Of a stretch of DNA of 64,000 bases, positions 39,126 to 52,809 are shown piece by piece (position 1 is the first letter of the stretch; each line of letters opens with the position of its first letter). The stretch is from positions 104,596,001 to 104,660,000 of the forward strand of contig NC_087437.1 in NCBI RefSeq assembly GCF_036321535.1, in the 5' to 3' direction. The DNA comes from Camelus dromedarius. Taxonomy: Eukaryota. The position numbers were made by a program, and so were the translations under genes. Under the pieces are notes generated by a model. That model searched no databases. It was not told the DNA's origin and saw only the letters and a program-made list of their open reading frames with translations.

Positions 39126-41349
39126 AATGTTTATTACAGTAAATCTATTTTCTGTCATAACGGTGCTAGCTGAGCATGTCAGAAAGATTAGGAAAGAGTT
39201 CATTTCTGCCCGTTGCTATTTATATTCGCAGCCACGAGTTGCACTGATAAACATCCTATAATTCATTTAAGAAGTCAGTGCAAAATAAACCTGATTAAAG
39301 ACAGCAGGGACAAGTGATATATGAAATGAGGAAAATTTATTGTTTTGCTACACTCTTATCTGTGATTTGTTTTCACTCTTGTTCTAAGTGCCATGTATGT
39401 GCCAGATGAAAATTATAAAAGGGACAAATAACTAATCATGAGGCAGTATAAAGCAGAGAGGGAAAAATACAGTCAACTACAGGTGCTCTCTTCATTCTCA
39501 TGCTACTTAGCAGCAAGCTGCTGCTGTCTGTTTTATATTCTCTCACACACTCCTGCTGAATTCTGTCGGTTGCTTATGATAACTGAATTCCTTGGGAACG
39601 CTTTAAAGAAGCCTCTTCGAGTTTGAGCACTTCACACAGTAGACTGCTTCGACAGAAAATGCCAATTACAGACACTGGAGAAAAGGATGGGGAGAATTTG
39701 TCTCAAAAGATACACACAAAACATTTTATTAATATGAATTAAAACAAAGGAACAAATAACTTTAGAATCACAGTTTGAATCTTACATACAGTTTTTAAAA
39801 ATATTTCTGAAACACCAGAATTAGAGCAAAGGAATAAAAGAACTTTTAACATATGTAAATCTACAAAAATCTTTAGGTAAGTCTAAAGCAAATATGGGAA
39901 TAATAATAATGATGATGATATTTTAAAAACATTTATATATTCTTGAAATCTATGTCCATAGTACAAACGCAGTGTGATCTTCAGCCATCTAATGAATTTA
40001 CGATCACTAATATTGTTCCTGTAAATGTTCATAAGGTAGAAAACATATTTGTCCTAGTATTAAAATAGATGCAGTCCCAGAGGGAAATTGCAAAGAATAC
40101 ACAAAACAAATAATGGAATTGTTATTTCTAAGAGGAACAAAATGTATACTTCCTGTTACTTTGCTCAGAGAATACTACTACTATTTAATTATTTATATCA
40201 GGGCTTGTAATAGTGCAACATGAGAAGCAACTATATACTTCTGTGGCTAAAGAGCAATTTACAAACATTATTCTTACATCACAGTCCTACCTTGATTACA
40301 TTTTATATGTTTAGAATGTTAATGTATTGAGACAATTTGCATTCCCACTAAAATATTTAAAAACTATAAACATTCTTTATATCAGAGTCAATAGAGTCAG
40401 ATAAATCCAGTCACCTTTAACAGCATTGATGGGGTAGAGTTGGAGGGAAACAATCTGATCTCTGCCTGGATGCATTTAATGGGCCAGATGATGCAACTGT
40501 GGCTTTCTCTTATATAGTATTCTGCTTCCTGTGAAGTCGACCCATTTACAGTAATAGTATAGACCCCAAACAGATAGTAAAAATAGTAGCAGTTCAAATT
40601 AAGGAAAAATGAGGGCTTGTCTAAAATATAAAATATGTTTTAATGAAATAAAGTTTTCTTACATTCAAGATGATTCAATTGCTATTTATGTCAACAAAAT
40701 AATTAAATGTAATATTTGATAAAAATATACTTTGAAAAGTTATACAAAAATCATAAAGACAATAATTTTATGTTAATAACAAGAAAGACTAAAGAATATA
40801 GAAAAGGCAGTAATAGAGTAATGAGTAAAAATTATGTTTCATTTCTTATACCTTTTAATACTTGGAACTTCAATACTTGAAATTCTAAACAAAGTATATG
40901 TGTTTACATTTAAACAGAGAAGTATGATTTAGTTCTTCTTCACATTTCCCTTCCCCCAAAACTAACACATGTTATTTAGAATGCTATAATAAATGTTAAT
41001 TAAAACATCAGTTTAAGTACATATATTTATTCTTTGACTAATAAATAGAAAGATACCATGTCCCTGATTAAGAAGAAGTATCATAAGGAGAGCAAATCTC
41101 ATCAAATACAGACAGTATCAATCAAATTATCAAACGAATTTTTTTTGGAAATTAAGTGATAATTCTAAGCTTCATGAAAATTGAAATAATTAAAATAGTC
41201 AAGACATACTAAAGCTAACCTGAAGAATAATGTGGGGAGGCCATTAATCAGTTACGAAATGTACCTTAAAGCTACGTTAAGAAAACTAAGTTAGATAAAC
41301 AGCATGACATTGGAAGATCAGTGTAACAGACAAAATTTTGTACATTTAG

Positions 41350-41560
41350 TAATAATAACTGACATTTACTTAGTGTTTACTGTGTATTCCAAGTGCCTAC
41401 ATGTATTATACACTGGTTAGTACCTATAAGGGAAATACTGTGATAATTACAATTTTATAGTTGAGTAAACTGAGGCTCACTGGAATTCATATCTTGCCCA
41501 AGATCAAGGTCACTCAGCAAACTGAGCCTTCAGTTTTGGATACTCCTTAAACCACCATGT
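41350..41560 (-). mobile_element. MIR SINE
   Basis: attttatagttgagtaaactgaggctca...cttgcccaagatca. Confidence 0.7.
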
Positions 41561-43135
41561 CACAGGCCTTGATCCATTGACCAGACCAGCCCTCCTCCCC
41601 TGCTTGACCTCATGGCAAACACATTCATTTTTTTCAAGCCTTTTTCAAGCGGTAGTAAATATTTTCCTTTCAAATAACATGTAATTAAGCTATAGAATCA
41701 TTTGTACTTCTAATTCTTAAGCTATATTTCACTTGAACTCTGGTTCTTAAGGCCCATGAATCATATTATTTGGATGTTGTATTTTTACCTCAACTCTGGC
41801 ATTAAAAAATAAGTATCACCCTTAATTTTTAGCTTTTTGATTGGCAAGCAGTTTGAACAGAACATGCTTCAGGCTTTATTTCTGTATTTGTTCTTGGCTG
41901 GAATCTAGCGCAACTACTCCTTGGTTCCCTTCTATATACTATGTAGTTATTTAAACTTTTGAACTATATTAGATCATGTTTAAGTTTGTTAGTTTGTTTG
42001 TTTTGACTTTACTCAGCAGGGATACAAAAGATTTCTGTGTCATTCCTGAGGGCTTTCAAACTAGAGTTTGAGATTGACTATTCCTAGTTATAATCAACTG
42101 CATAAAAAATGCATCAAATGAACAGCTTCCTTTAGCAACACTTTCACTTTTATCTGGTTTAGTTTATTCCCAAGTGAGAACAGGACCATACAAGCATCTT
42201 TACATGCCTTCTGAGAAACGTAGCTTTTTGAGTTTTAGATGCAATCATTTAAACATATAGGCAAAAAAAAAAAGAGAACTATTTGAGCTTATTTTTCACC
42301 TGAATTCCTGCATATATATGCAGGTAAAAAAAAAAATATATATATATATATGTTGAAAAGTATTTGCAAATAGAAATTAGATTTAGCACGAGGAAATCCA
42401 ACAATAATATTAACTTTGTCTCCATTTTCTAGAAGAAGTATAAGCAAATATGGCTGCTGTGAGTGGTAGAAGAGTTGAACCAAGGAGAATATCTCATCAG
42501 GCTTATGAAAATAAAGGAAATCTTTTCGTTTGCTTAAACTGAGATACAAATGGTCAGCATATTATTCTGCACATATTTTTGAGCTTTCACGCCTCACTGC
42601 TCCCCTTCATCCACCACACACACCACAAACACATGAAATATAGGTTTCTTTTCTGGCACCTGACTCTTCCTACTTCTGAGGAATCTAAAAGAGGTATCAA
42701 AGTTTTCAGAAAGGACTTAAATTTGCTCACTCTCAGGGAAGCTTGGTAAAATTTATTGTATGATTATATTATTTGCATGTTTTTTAAATTTTATTTTCCC
42801 ATTGTCCTGTATAATTTTAGCCACATTTGAGATTCAGGCTAGTAAAACTTTATTCTCATGAGAGAGAAAAACAGAGGGAGAGAGACTAATAGTTTTATCA
42901 AATAAAAATTTGGTTCCACATTAAAGAAGCATTCTTAATGTTTATTCTCAGTCTACTGTTTCCGTCAGAGTATCCTCTTGCTAAATAATTCTTAAGGCCT
43001 ATTTTGTCATAGTTGCTCAAGATACTCCTCCCACTAAAGAAGTCTGAGGGATGTTTTTTGGCATTATGCTTAGCATTATTTCTCCATAGATTTTTAAGAT
43101 TATACCAGTAATTCTCATATATAACTGTAGTTTTA

Positions 43136-43257
43136 GTCTTTTAAAAATTTCTTTAATTTTTTCATTTAACTTTTTTGATGGAGATACTGGGGATTGAACC
43201 CAGGACCTCATGCATGCTAAGCATGGGCTCTACCACTGAGCTATTACCCTCACCACC
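43136..43257 (-). mobile_element. tRNA-derived SINE, camelid-type
   Basis: A box TAGCTCAGTGG (43233-43243), B box GGTTCAATCC (43191-43200), A-rich tail, and a degenerate ~15-bp TSD (43121-43135 / 43258-43272). Confidence 0.85.
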
Positions 43258-44084
43258 ATAGCTGTATTTTTACTTCTGCCTTGACCTCAATATACATGAG
43301 TGTTTTTAATGGTGTATATTCATCTTTCTATTGCTTTATTTTAAAAAAAATGGCCAGAATGATTTTTTTTAGTATTTTCTATTTATTTTTCTGACCTTTC
43401 CCAACTTAATTTTCAATTGTATGTTGTACTAATTCTTCTCAATTTCTCATACGTATATTTTAAGCTCTTTTGTTCTGGAGACTGTGATTCAAATGTTGAT
43501 TTCATTTCATTTTTTGGAGACTACATCTGTATTTTCTAAGTGGTTCCATCTATAATATACTCTTTCCTGTTAGTTTCAGGGAGTAGAGGAGGTAGAGATG
43601 AGTTTCCTCTGTAATTTAAGCATTCTGGGTGAAATTTTATGTTAAGACATTGTAGGAGTAACATCCATTTCTGAAAGACGCTTTACTAGGAGAATGATTA
43701 TGGAGCACTCTAAAGGAAAGTATCATTCTGTATTACAAGGATTTGTTAGGAAAGATGAAAAACTGTAAGAAGTGATGGTATAAATAATTTCTTAATTTAG
43801 AATGTCTATGTTCACCATGCTTTGTGGACACAAGCAAAATATCATGGAACTTGTTTCACAAATAAAAAAAATGTAATGTGGAAGTGCAGATGAAAGTTGT
43901 CAAATACAGAGAATCTAGTTGGTACATAATAGGCTGGCAGCATCTTACAAGTTTCACATGAGCAAAAGTAAGATTATCAGATTTATGGGTCCTAGTAATT
44001 GGGACCATTGTTTGACTAAAGAAGGTGTAAGGAAAGATTTTTTTTTTCTATATGCATATACATTTATTTCCTCAAGATATATTT

Positions 44085-45017
44085 CTTTTTTTTTTTAACA
44101 TTTTTTATTGAGTTATAGTCATTTTACAATATAGTGTCAAATTCCAGTGTAGAGCACAATTTTTCAGTTACACATGAACATACATATATTCATTGTCACT
44201 TTTTTTTTCACTGTGAGCTACCACAAGATCTTGTATATATTTTCCTGTGCTATATGGTATAATCTTGTTTATCCATTCTGCATATGCCTGTCAGTATCTA
44301 CAAATTTTGAAATCCCAGTCTGTCTCTTCCCACTCCCCGCCCCCTTGGCAACCACAAGTTTATATTCTATATGTATGAGTCTGTTTCTGTTTTGTATTTA
44401 TGTTCTTTTTTTTTTTTTTTTAGATTCCACATATGAGCAATCTCATATGGTATTTTTCTTTCTCTTTCTAGCTAACTTCACTTAGAATGACATTCTCCAG
44501 GGACATCCATGTTGCTGCAAATGGCATTATGTTGTCGTTTTTATGGCTGAATAGTATTCCATTGTATAAATATACCACCTCTTCTTTATCCACTCATCTG
44601 TTGATGGACTTTTAGGCTGTTTCCATGTCTTGGCTATTATAAATAGTGCTGCTATGAACATTGGGGTGCAGGTGGCTCTCTGAAGTAGGGTTCCTTCTGG
44701 ATATATGCCCGGGAGCAGGATTCCTGGGTCACATGGTAAGTCTATTCCTAGTTCTTTGAGGAATCTCCATACTGCTTTCCACAGTGGCTGCACCAAATTG
44801 CATTCCAGCAGCAGTGCAGGAGGGTTCCCTTTTCTCCACAGCCTCTCCAGCGTTTGTCATTTGTGGACTTTTGAATGATGGCCATTCTGACTGGTGTGAA
44901 GTGATACCTCATCGTAGTTTTGGTTTGCATTTCTCTGATAATTAGTGATACTGAGAATTTTTTCATGTGCCTGTTGATCATTTGTATTTATTCCTGGGAG
45001 AATTGCTTGTTTAGGTA
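44085..45017 (-). mobile_element. Young 5'-truncated L1 (ORF2 C-terminus, 3' UTR, polyA)
   Basis: ORFs 44748-44981 ([14 protein letters not shown]) and 44527-44796 (CTPMFIAALF...WYIYTMEYYSAIK), with a polyT at ~44086-44097. Confidence 0.95.
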
Positions 45018-47399
45018 AGCAAAGGTTCTTAGCAACAAAATATATCTAAACTCAAATTTATTCCTTTTAACTTGATAACCTTAGAAAGAAAATTGATAAC
45101 ATGCGTTGTTTCAGGCTACTCCAAATTTGTAAATCTATACTAAAGCAAAATTATTCCCTGCAGAATTACTCAGAATATATAGTACTGGGACAGAGCAAGT
45201 TAGATGTCTTTAAGATATTTTAATCAAGTGGTGGAAGTGAGATAAAATTTATTCAGCTCACCTCCAAATACAGGATATTCTGTACTTTTAAGCAAATATA
45301 AAATCACTGCTCAAGATTTGACTTTCCAATTTCTGTTTTTACCTAAAATCAAAAATGCTTTTACTTCATACTAAGGAGATTACAAATGAATAGATCCCAG
45401 CTTATTTTATAACATTTCATTATTGCTGTTGATGCCTTTTAGAAAATATAGCATGACCCCTGTGAACATATTTACAAAACATTCCCATCTCATTTGCAAA
45501 CCATCTCTTGCCCAGAAGGCTAAGCATACCCAATTATCTTGAATTTGTAGCTCCATCCAAGATGTAGGAGTTTTCTGACCTTTCTGGAACTTAGGCATTC
45601 TCATTTTTATATTCTCTATTTGGAATATTATGAGTATACTGCTATATGTAAGCATAAGATAATACATTTATTATACTTAATTTATTTAAGAAAAAGTGAA
45701 AAATTAATTTGGCCAAAGGCAACTTGGTAAGCATAAAATATGTTAGTCAACAATAACTATCCTGAAATATTGGTGTGTTGATCATTCTTAATTTTGTACA
45801 GCGTGGACTTATATGAAACTCTCTAGTCATTTTACATATGTTTCTAGTTTTCATATAATCAGACTTTTATCATATTTTGAGAATGTTTTTGTTTCTATTT
45901 TAATTTTCAAACAATAATTTCTCACATTTGTTGTTACAAATATTTAAAATCATTAAATGTCTCCTTCGTGCATGTGAAACTTGTAAGGTGCTACTGCCAG
46001 TCATCATCAGTTAGAGACATGATTGTTATGTATTGAAAAATTTGAAGATTAATTACTAGAACAATCTCATTTTGTAAGATTATCTTTTATCTATTTATGT
46101 ACTGATTATCAATATTTTAAATCATATATACACCTGAATATGGAGAAAGAGAGAAAAGTATATGAAAGTCTATATAACACTTTCTGGAGGACAGAGTGAG
46201 AGTATTATTTAAATGATCTTTTTCATCCACTTTTGTTTACTTTTATTAAAATATTAAAAATGATATAAATTGTCTGGAATAATATTCTTCTATGATACAA
46301 TATTTATTTGCCTAACCTAGCCCCTTTTTTTATAAATTTATCTTATGCAAGCTAATCACATGTTAAATATACGGATCTGAAAAACTAATTAATATGAAAT
46401 ACTTTTTGTTTACTTATGGACCATTGGATATCTATGTGCTGTTGTTTGATATATTCATATCACTTGGGTCTCTAACTTCAACAATCCAAAATTGACAGAA
46501 ATTGCATGTAAAGAATGTGGATTTTTAACTGGATAAGTGATTAATTACTTTAAAAGATATATTAATAATAAACAAATGAGGACAATCTAGTTGAAGGGCA
46601 TTTTAGTGGAAAAATAGGAATAGGAAGTAAGCAAATTTTAGCTCTGCAGTCAGGAATTCTAGATGACCATAAGCTGCTAACTGGACACAGGTGGCTGTTT
46701 TCTCAGGAGAGCACTTTATAATAGGTTTTAAATGAGAAAATGGGAATTATCAGTTTTAGATACTTTTGAAGTCTCACAAATATGAAAGCCTTCATACATC
46801 ATAACTGAAATAATGGGAAGTGATTAATTAATGTCATTGACATAAATGAGTTGCCAGATGTATCTAATCTTCAAGTGAGCAGGGGAGAAAAATACAAAAG
46901 AACATCATAAAATGTGTCATAACAGATTGTGAAAATTTATGTTAAACCGAAGAGATGATTTCAGTTTTCAAAATAACGTAATTTTAGAAGAAGTTATTTG
47001 AGAATATAACCAACTTCCATATTTTAGCATTTGAAAGATTGTATTTTGTCTTCTACCTCAAAGCATAATTATAAGCAAACCAAAACAAAAAAATGGAGAA
47101 AATATAGTAAGTGCCTCAATTAACAAACACATATGGAATATATAAAATGTACTAGAGTTACAGTAAGATGTTAAACAAATCTCTTAATAAGACTATTTGT
47201 TTACTAAGAAATTTTTTAAATAATTAATTAGATTTTAGGTTAACTACTAATTTAGTTAACTTATGCCATGATGCATGTTATTGGGTGATCATAATTAAAG
47301 TAAAATTTAGAAAATCATTTTAAAAAAGCAAAACCAAATCACCAGCAATAACTCAACATTTTATTTATTTAGTTATTCATTCATTCTTTCATTCCTTCA

Positions 47400-47640
47400 T
47401 TCATTTATATATATTTACATTTTATTCAAGTATAGTTGATTTACAGTATATTAGTTACAATAGTGGTTCCACACTTTTAAAGATTATACTCCATTTAATC
47501 TTATTACAGAATAATGCCTCATTGGCTGTATTTCTCTGTGCTGTACAATATATCCTTGTTGCTTATTTATTTTATAAATAGTAGTTTGTGTAATCTATTA
47601 CCCCTATTTTGCTCCCCTCTTCCTCTTCCTAATGGTATAG
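47400..47640 (-). mobile_element. L1 3' end fragment
   Basis: tttattcaagtatagttgatttacag...gtgctgtacaatatatccttgttg. Confidence 0.75.
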
Positions 47641-48311
47641 TGTTTTAATATATTTTATGAAGAATAGTTTTTTCTTGTGTAGCCCAGTCACAATAAAAGA
47701 ATAATAAAATCATATTTAATAAATGTGGTGATTCAGCCATTTTACTAATCAGGAAAATTTTTGTCTCATGTCAGATAAACAATATGTCTCTCAGCACTTC
47801 TCAGTGTCAAGAAATTTTCTACTATTTAAAATATTCACCAACAGTTACATTTTATTTTTTATTGGTGGGAATAATAGAGATTTTGTAATTAGAGTTTTTG
47901 TCCCAGCCCTGATATTTTTGGGTTTCTGGTGAATGATACAGGCATTGGGGGTCTTTTATATGCTCTGTAGTTTATTTTACATGTAATGAGTATGATATAT
48001 ACTGTTCTCTGGTTTAGTCAATTTTTTGCTTGAAAATATGTTTTTATCCATTTATCATATATGCATGTGTGTGTTTCTGTGTATCTTTAGAATACAAGGC
48101 ACTGTGTTCTATGAGTAAAATAAAGCTAAATGAAATGCAGTCTTTTTCAACTAAAAGCTTTGAAACAATTGGAAACTGATAATTTTCTCTATTCTTGGTG
48201 TTAAATATAGATAACTCTAAAATCAAGTTTTTCAAAATAAAACTGGCTCTTAAGTGTCCATTTACTAGTTAACTCATGAGTGAAAGTGATCGTGTTTCCT
48301 AAAATACTTAC

Positions 48312-48432
48312 TTCGTGTGATTTTCCGATCTCCTTCAAAGAGGGGATAATCTCTTCTGTTACCTCCTTTGTGTTGGCTGAGATATCACTTGACTGCTGAA
48401 ACTGGAGGAGCAATTTTGAACGATGAGTTGAC
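48312..48432 (-). other. Candidate 121-nt exon of an unidentified transcript
   Basis: Acceptor ccttgtttctgttaccaAG and donor GAA|GTAAGT. One open frame (STHRSKLLLQFQQSSDISANTKEVTEEIIPSLKEIGKSHE) in non-repetitive-looking sequence. Confidence 0.3.
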
Positions 48433-48999
48433 CTTGGTAACAGAAACAAGGTATCAAGGAGCACTGACAAAGAAGGACCTTGCATTTTTTGTACTTTGCA
48501 GCAACATGCCACCACTGTCTGATTTTTTAAAGTAAATTATGTAAAAATTCTATTCCACCAAACTTATTTTATTCCTTTTGTCACTCCCATTTAAGCAGAA
48601 TCTTAACTAATGCATATTGACTATCCTTTTCCGCTTTCTAGTGCAATTCCTTATGTTACCTACAAGTAATCCAAACACTTAACTATCCTACTTGTTGTTT
48701 TTATAATGTATCTTAACATTCATTTGTTCAAACAAATATTTAATGTTTGTCTACAAGTTTACTGTCTACCAAGCAAGAGAGATACAAATTTTTTTGTTGG
48801 GGAAGACAGAAAATAAATAATACAATTTATAGTATGTTAGTGAAATATAGAATGCAGCTATTTATTTTTATGACCTTATAATAAGATAAATTAAATATAC
48901 TAGAATTATATCTGTTTGATACTTTTACTGTTCACATTTATTTGATTTAGTGCTGTGGAGGTATGTATGGATTGATCCTGAGTCTTCAGAAATAGGTGG

Positions 49000-49455
49000 A
49001 TTCATTTTCATATTCTTTTTTGTTAAAGGTTATTACAAGATGTTGAATATAGTTCCCTGTACTATACATAAGAAATTCATTTTTTATTTTTAGGTATAGT
49101 GGTTAACCTTTGCAAATCTCAAACTCCCAAATCTATCCCTTCCTACCCTCTTTCCCCCAGTAACCATAAAATTGTTTACTATGTCTGCAGGTCTGTTTCT
49201 GTTTTGTAGATGAGTTCATTAGTTTCCTCCTTTTTCTTCTCTTTTTTAGATTCCACATATGAGTGATATCATATGGTATTTGTCTTTCTCTTTCTGGCTT
49301 ACTTCACTTAGAATGATGATATCCAGGTCCATCCATGTTGCTGCAAATGGCATTATTTTATTCTTTTTTTATCACTGAGTAGTATTCCATCATATAAATG
49401 TACCACAGCTTCTTTATCCAGTCATCTGTCAATGGACATTTAGGTTGTTTCCATG
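49000..49455 (-). mobile_element. L1 3' UTR fragment
   Basis: tagattccacatatgagtgatatcatatggtatt...ggacatttaggttgtttccatg. Confidence 0.88.
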
Positions 49456-49709
49456 ACAGTTTTTGCTTTTTTAAATCAAAGTTACAACCTGATACTTTAA
49501 GAATGACATTAGCATATTCCTATTAGTTCAACTGCATAAACTTAATTTTATTGTATTTTGTAATATTTTATATAGCTCAGTGTTCTTCTTAGAAAATTTG
49601 AAATAAAATGAGAGAAAAATATTTTATACTTCTTACTGTATTTAGGTGTTTTTCCTCTGTATTTTATTTTCTCAATTGCCGTTCAAATTTCTTCTTTGAA
49701 ATATGGCTA

Positions 49710-50705
49710 TGTTTTTATCTAAAAGTTTTAGCCCTTATATTTAGGTCTTTGATTCTTGTTTAGTTATTTTTTATCCTTTGGATGTGAATATCTAGTTGTT
49801 TCAGTGTCAATTATTATCTATTTATTAAATAATCATTTTTTAAATTTCCCATTGAATTGCCTTGATACCTTTGTCAAAATCAATTGGCCATAGATATCAG
49901 GTTTGTTTCTGGACATATATTCTATTTCATTGGCCTATATATTTGTATTATTCAGATATTACCCTGTCTTAATTACTGTACCTTTATAGTAAATGTTGAA
50001 ATTAAGAAGTGTGAATCCTCCAACTTTGTTCTTCTTTTCAAGATTGGTTTGACTATTCTAGGTCCTTTACATACCTATATAAATTTTAGTATCAAGTTGT
50101 CAATTTTTTCCAAGAAGCCAACTAGGTTTTTAATAGTAATTGTGTTGAATCAGTAGATCAGTTTTCAAGTGTTGCCATATTAGCGCTATTAAGTTTTCCA
50201 ATGTGTGAATAATGGATGTCTTTTCATTTATTCAGGTCTTCTTTAATTTCTTTCAAAGACATTTTGCAGTTTTTAGTGTATGAGTTTATTTCTAAGTAAT
50301 CTTTTAATGCTACTGTAAAGGGAATTTTTTTGCATTTTATTTTTGGATTGTTCAGTGTGAGTTTATACAAATACAATTGATTTTTGCTTGTTCATCTTGT
50401 ATCCTGTATTCTTGCTGAACTCATTTATTAGTTCTTTCAGGGATAATGGGGGCTGTCTGTGTGAATTTCCTAGGATTTTCTGTATACAAGTTCATGTCAT
50501 TTGTGAATAGAATCTTCCTTTCTAAACTTGACGTTTTTTATTTTAGTTCCTTACCTAATTGCCCTGACTAAAACCTCCAAGAAAACGTTGAATAGAAGTG
50601 GCAAGAGTGAACATCATTGTCTTGTTCCTAAACTTAGGAGCAATGATTTCAGTCCTTCACTGTTAAGTTTGATGTTCTCTGTGGGTTCTTAGTAAATGCC
50701 TCTTG
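49710..50705 (-). mobile_element. Old L1 ORF2 fragment
   Basis: Antisense ORF2 motifs, e.g. tcctccaactttgttcttcttttcaagattg and ttgaatagaagtggcaagagtg. Confidence 0.85.
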
Positions 50706-51629
50706 TCTTGGTTCTGTTTTGCTCTCTACTGCAGGTGGAACTTGTCCCACATAATTGCTGAGAGCTCTTGTCCCTGCTGCCCCTGTTGCTGTCACATGAG
50801 GCCTTCATGTATCTGGTTTGTATCAGCTCACATTTCTTTCTCTTCAAATCCACAATCTCCCTCTGGTCCACAGCTGTCCTTCAACATGTCATGTACCTCT
50901 CTCAGAAGCAGGAAAATTTGATCTGCTTAATGCCACCATTCCCAGGTGGGAGGGAAGTATGGTGGTGGTGAGATGTAGGAGCACTTTTACATAAGGACAG
51001 GAGATTAAGAAAGGATAAGGTCAAATGTTGTTTTCCTTTAATAATAATATTTTGTCTTGTTCTTTTATGCCTATACCCATTATGCTGTCATTTCTACTTT
51101 GACATGCCTTCCTGAGATGTCTTTGATGTTTCTTTGTCAGGAACTGGCTATATCCATGTATAGATGTTGAAAGCATGGCACAAGGGATTCACCTGAACAT
51201 CTCATATTTTGAGAACTATTACTTCAAGTATCTCCCAGGACTCTGCCCACAGGGTGAAGGGATGGCCTAGAGCAATGTATACTCTTCACCTCTCTTCCTT
51301 TTTCCCAGCTTGGTTAACATCATTTTAATTTGCAGATGAGAGTAAGAGTAGATAAAAACAAGTACTCAAGCTGTTTCTTCTTGCCTAAATATATATATAT
51401 TTGAACTTAAAAGCACTCTCTCATGAGCTATCAAGTAAATCTTCCTGTTTATTACTGATTAACATGAATGTTCTGTAGAAATGTAAGTTCCTTTAATAGA
51501 GTGCAATCAGTACATTGTTTTTAAAGTTTTATTTATATCGTACGATTAAGCCTATTTCTACAATGGAAGTGCATTCTGTTTTCATAGTATGGTATCCCCG
51601 AGCTGGGGATAGAGGAAGGGCTACTAGAC

Positions 51630-52119
51630 ATTGTATCAGTTTCAGGTGTACAGCATGAAAATTTGATATTCATATATATTGTGAAATAATCACCCAAACA
51701 AGTCTAATTAACAGCTGTCACCATACATAGTTGCATATTTTTTTCTTATTATGACAACTTTTAAGATCTATTCTCTTAGCAGCTTTCAGTTATGCAATAC
51801 AATATTATTAACTATAAACACTGTGATGTACCTTACATCCCCATGACTTATTTATTTTAAAATTGGAAGTTTGTACTTTTTGACTCTCTTCACCCATTTC
51901 TCAGTCTCCCCACACCCTGCCTCTGACAATCACCAATCTGTAATATATTCTCTTATCTATGAATTTGTTTGTTTATTTTTTCTTTCAGATTCCACATATA
52001 AGTGAGGTCATATGGTATTTGCCTTTCCCTGTTTGACTTGTTTCCCCTAGCATCATGCCCTCAAGTTCCATCCATGTTGTCACAAACGGCAATATTTCAT
52101 TCTTTTTGTATGTCTGAAT
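51630..52119 (-). mobile_element. Older L1 3' UTR fragment (host of the 52120-52776 insertion)
   Basis: Typical L1 3' UTR antisense motifs (agattccacatataagtgag, ccatccatgttgtcacaaa). Confidence 0.8.
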
Positions 52120-52776
52120 AATAGTTAACTTTCTCTATTTTTTTTTTTTTGCTGGATCATATGGTAGTTCTATTTTTAATTTTTTGTGGAATCTCCATAC
52201 TGTTTTCCATAGCGGCTGCACCAATTTATAGTCCCACCAGCCATACACAAGGGTTTCCTTTTCTCCACATTGTCACCAATGCTTGCTTTTTGTTGTCTTT
52301 TTGATAATAGCCATTCTGACAGCTGTGAAGTGGTATCTCTTTGTGGTTTTGATTTGCATTTCCCTGATGATTAGTGATGTTGAGAATCCTTTCATATGTC
52401 TGTGGCCTTCTGTATGTCCTCCTTGGGAACATGTCTATTCAGGTCCTTTTCCTCTGTCCATTTTTAAAAAAATTTTTTTACATTTTTTTTATTAAGTTAT
52501 AGTCATTTTACAATGTTGTGTCAAATTCCAGTGTAGAGCACAGTTTTTCAGTTATACATGAACATACATATATTCATTGTCACATTTTTTTTCTTGCTGT
52601 GAGCTACCACAAGATCTTGTATATATTTCCCTATGCTGAACAGTATAACCTTGTTTATCTATTCTACATTTTGAAACATAAATACAAAACAGAAACAGAC
52701 TCATAGACACAGAATACAAACTTGTGGTTGCCAAGGGGGAGGGGGATGGGAAGGGACAATAGTTAACTTTCTGTAT
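52120..52776 (-). mobile_element. Short young L1 insertion with 5' inversion and 3' transduction, flanked by TSD
   Basis: TSD AATAGTTAACTTTCT(C/G)TAT at 52120-52138 and 52758-52776, polyT at 52138-52150, transduced segment 52151-~52472, L1 3' end ~52473-52676 and inverted piece 52676-52757. Confidence 0.8.
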
Positions 52777-52809
52777 ACACACATGACATTATCTTTTTTA
52801 ACTCAAAAG

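Noticed and set aside
43190..43250. tRNA gene
   Set aside because: A and B boxes are present, but the A-rich tail and TSD show it is a SINE.
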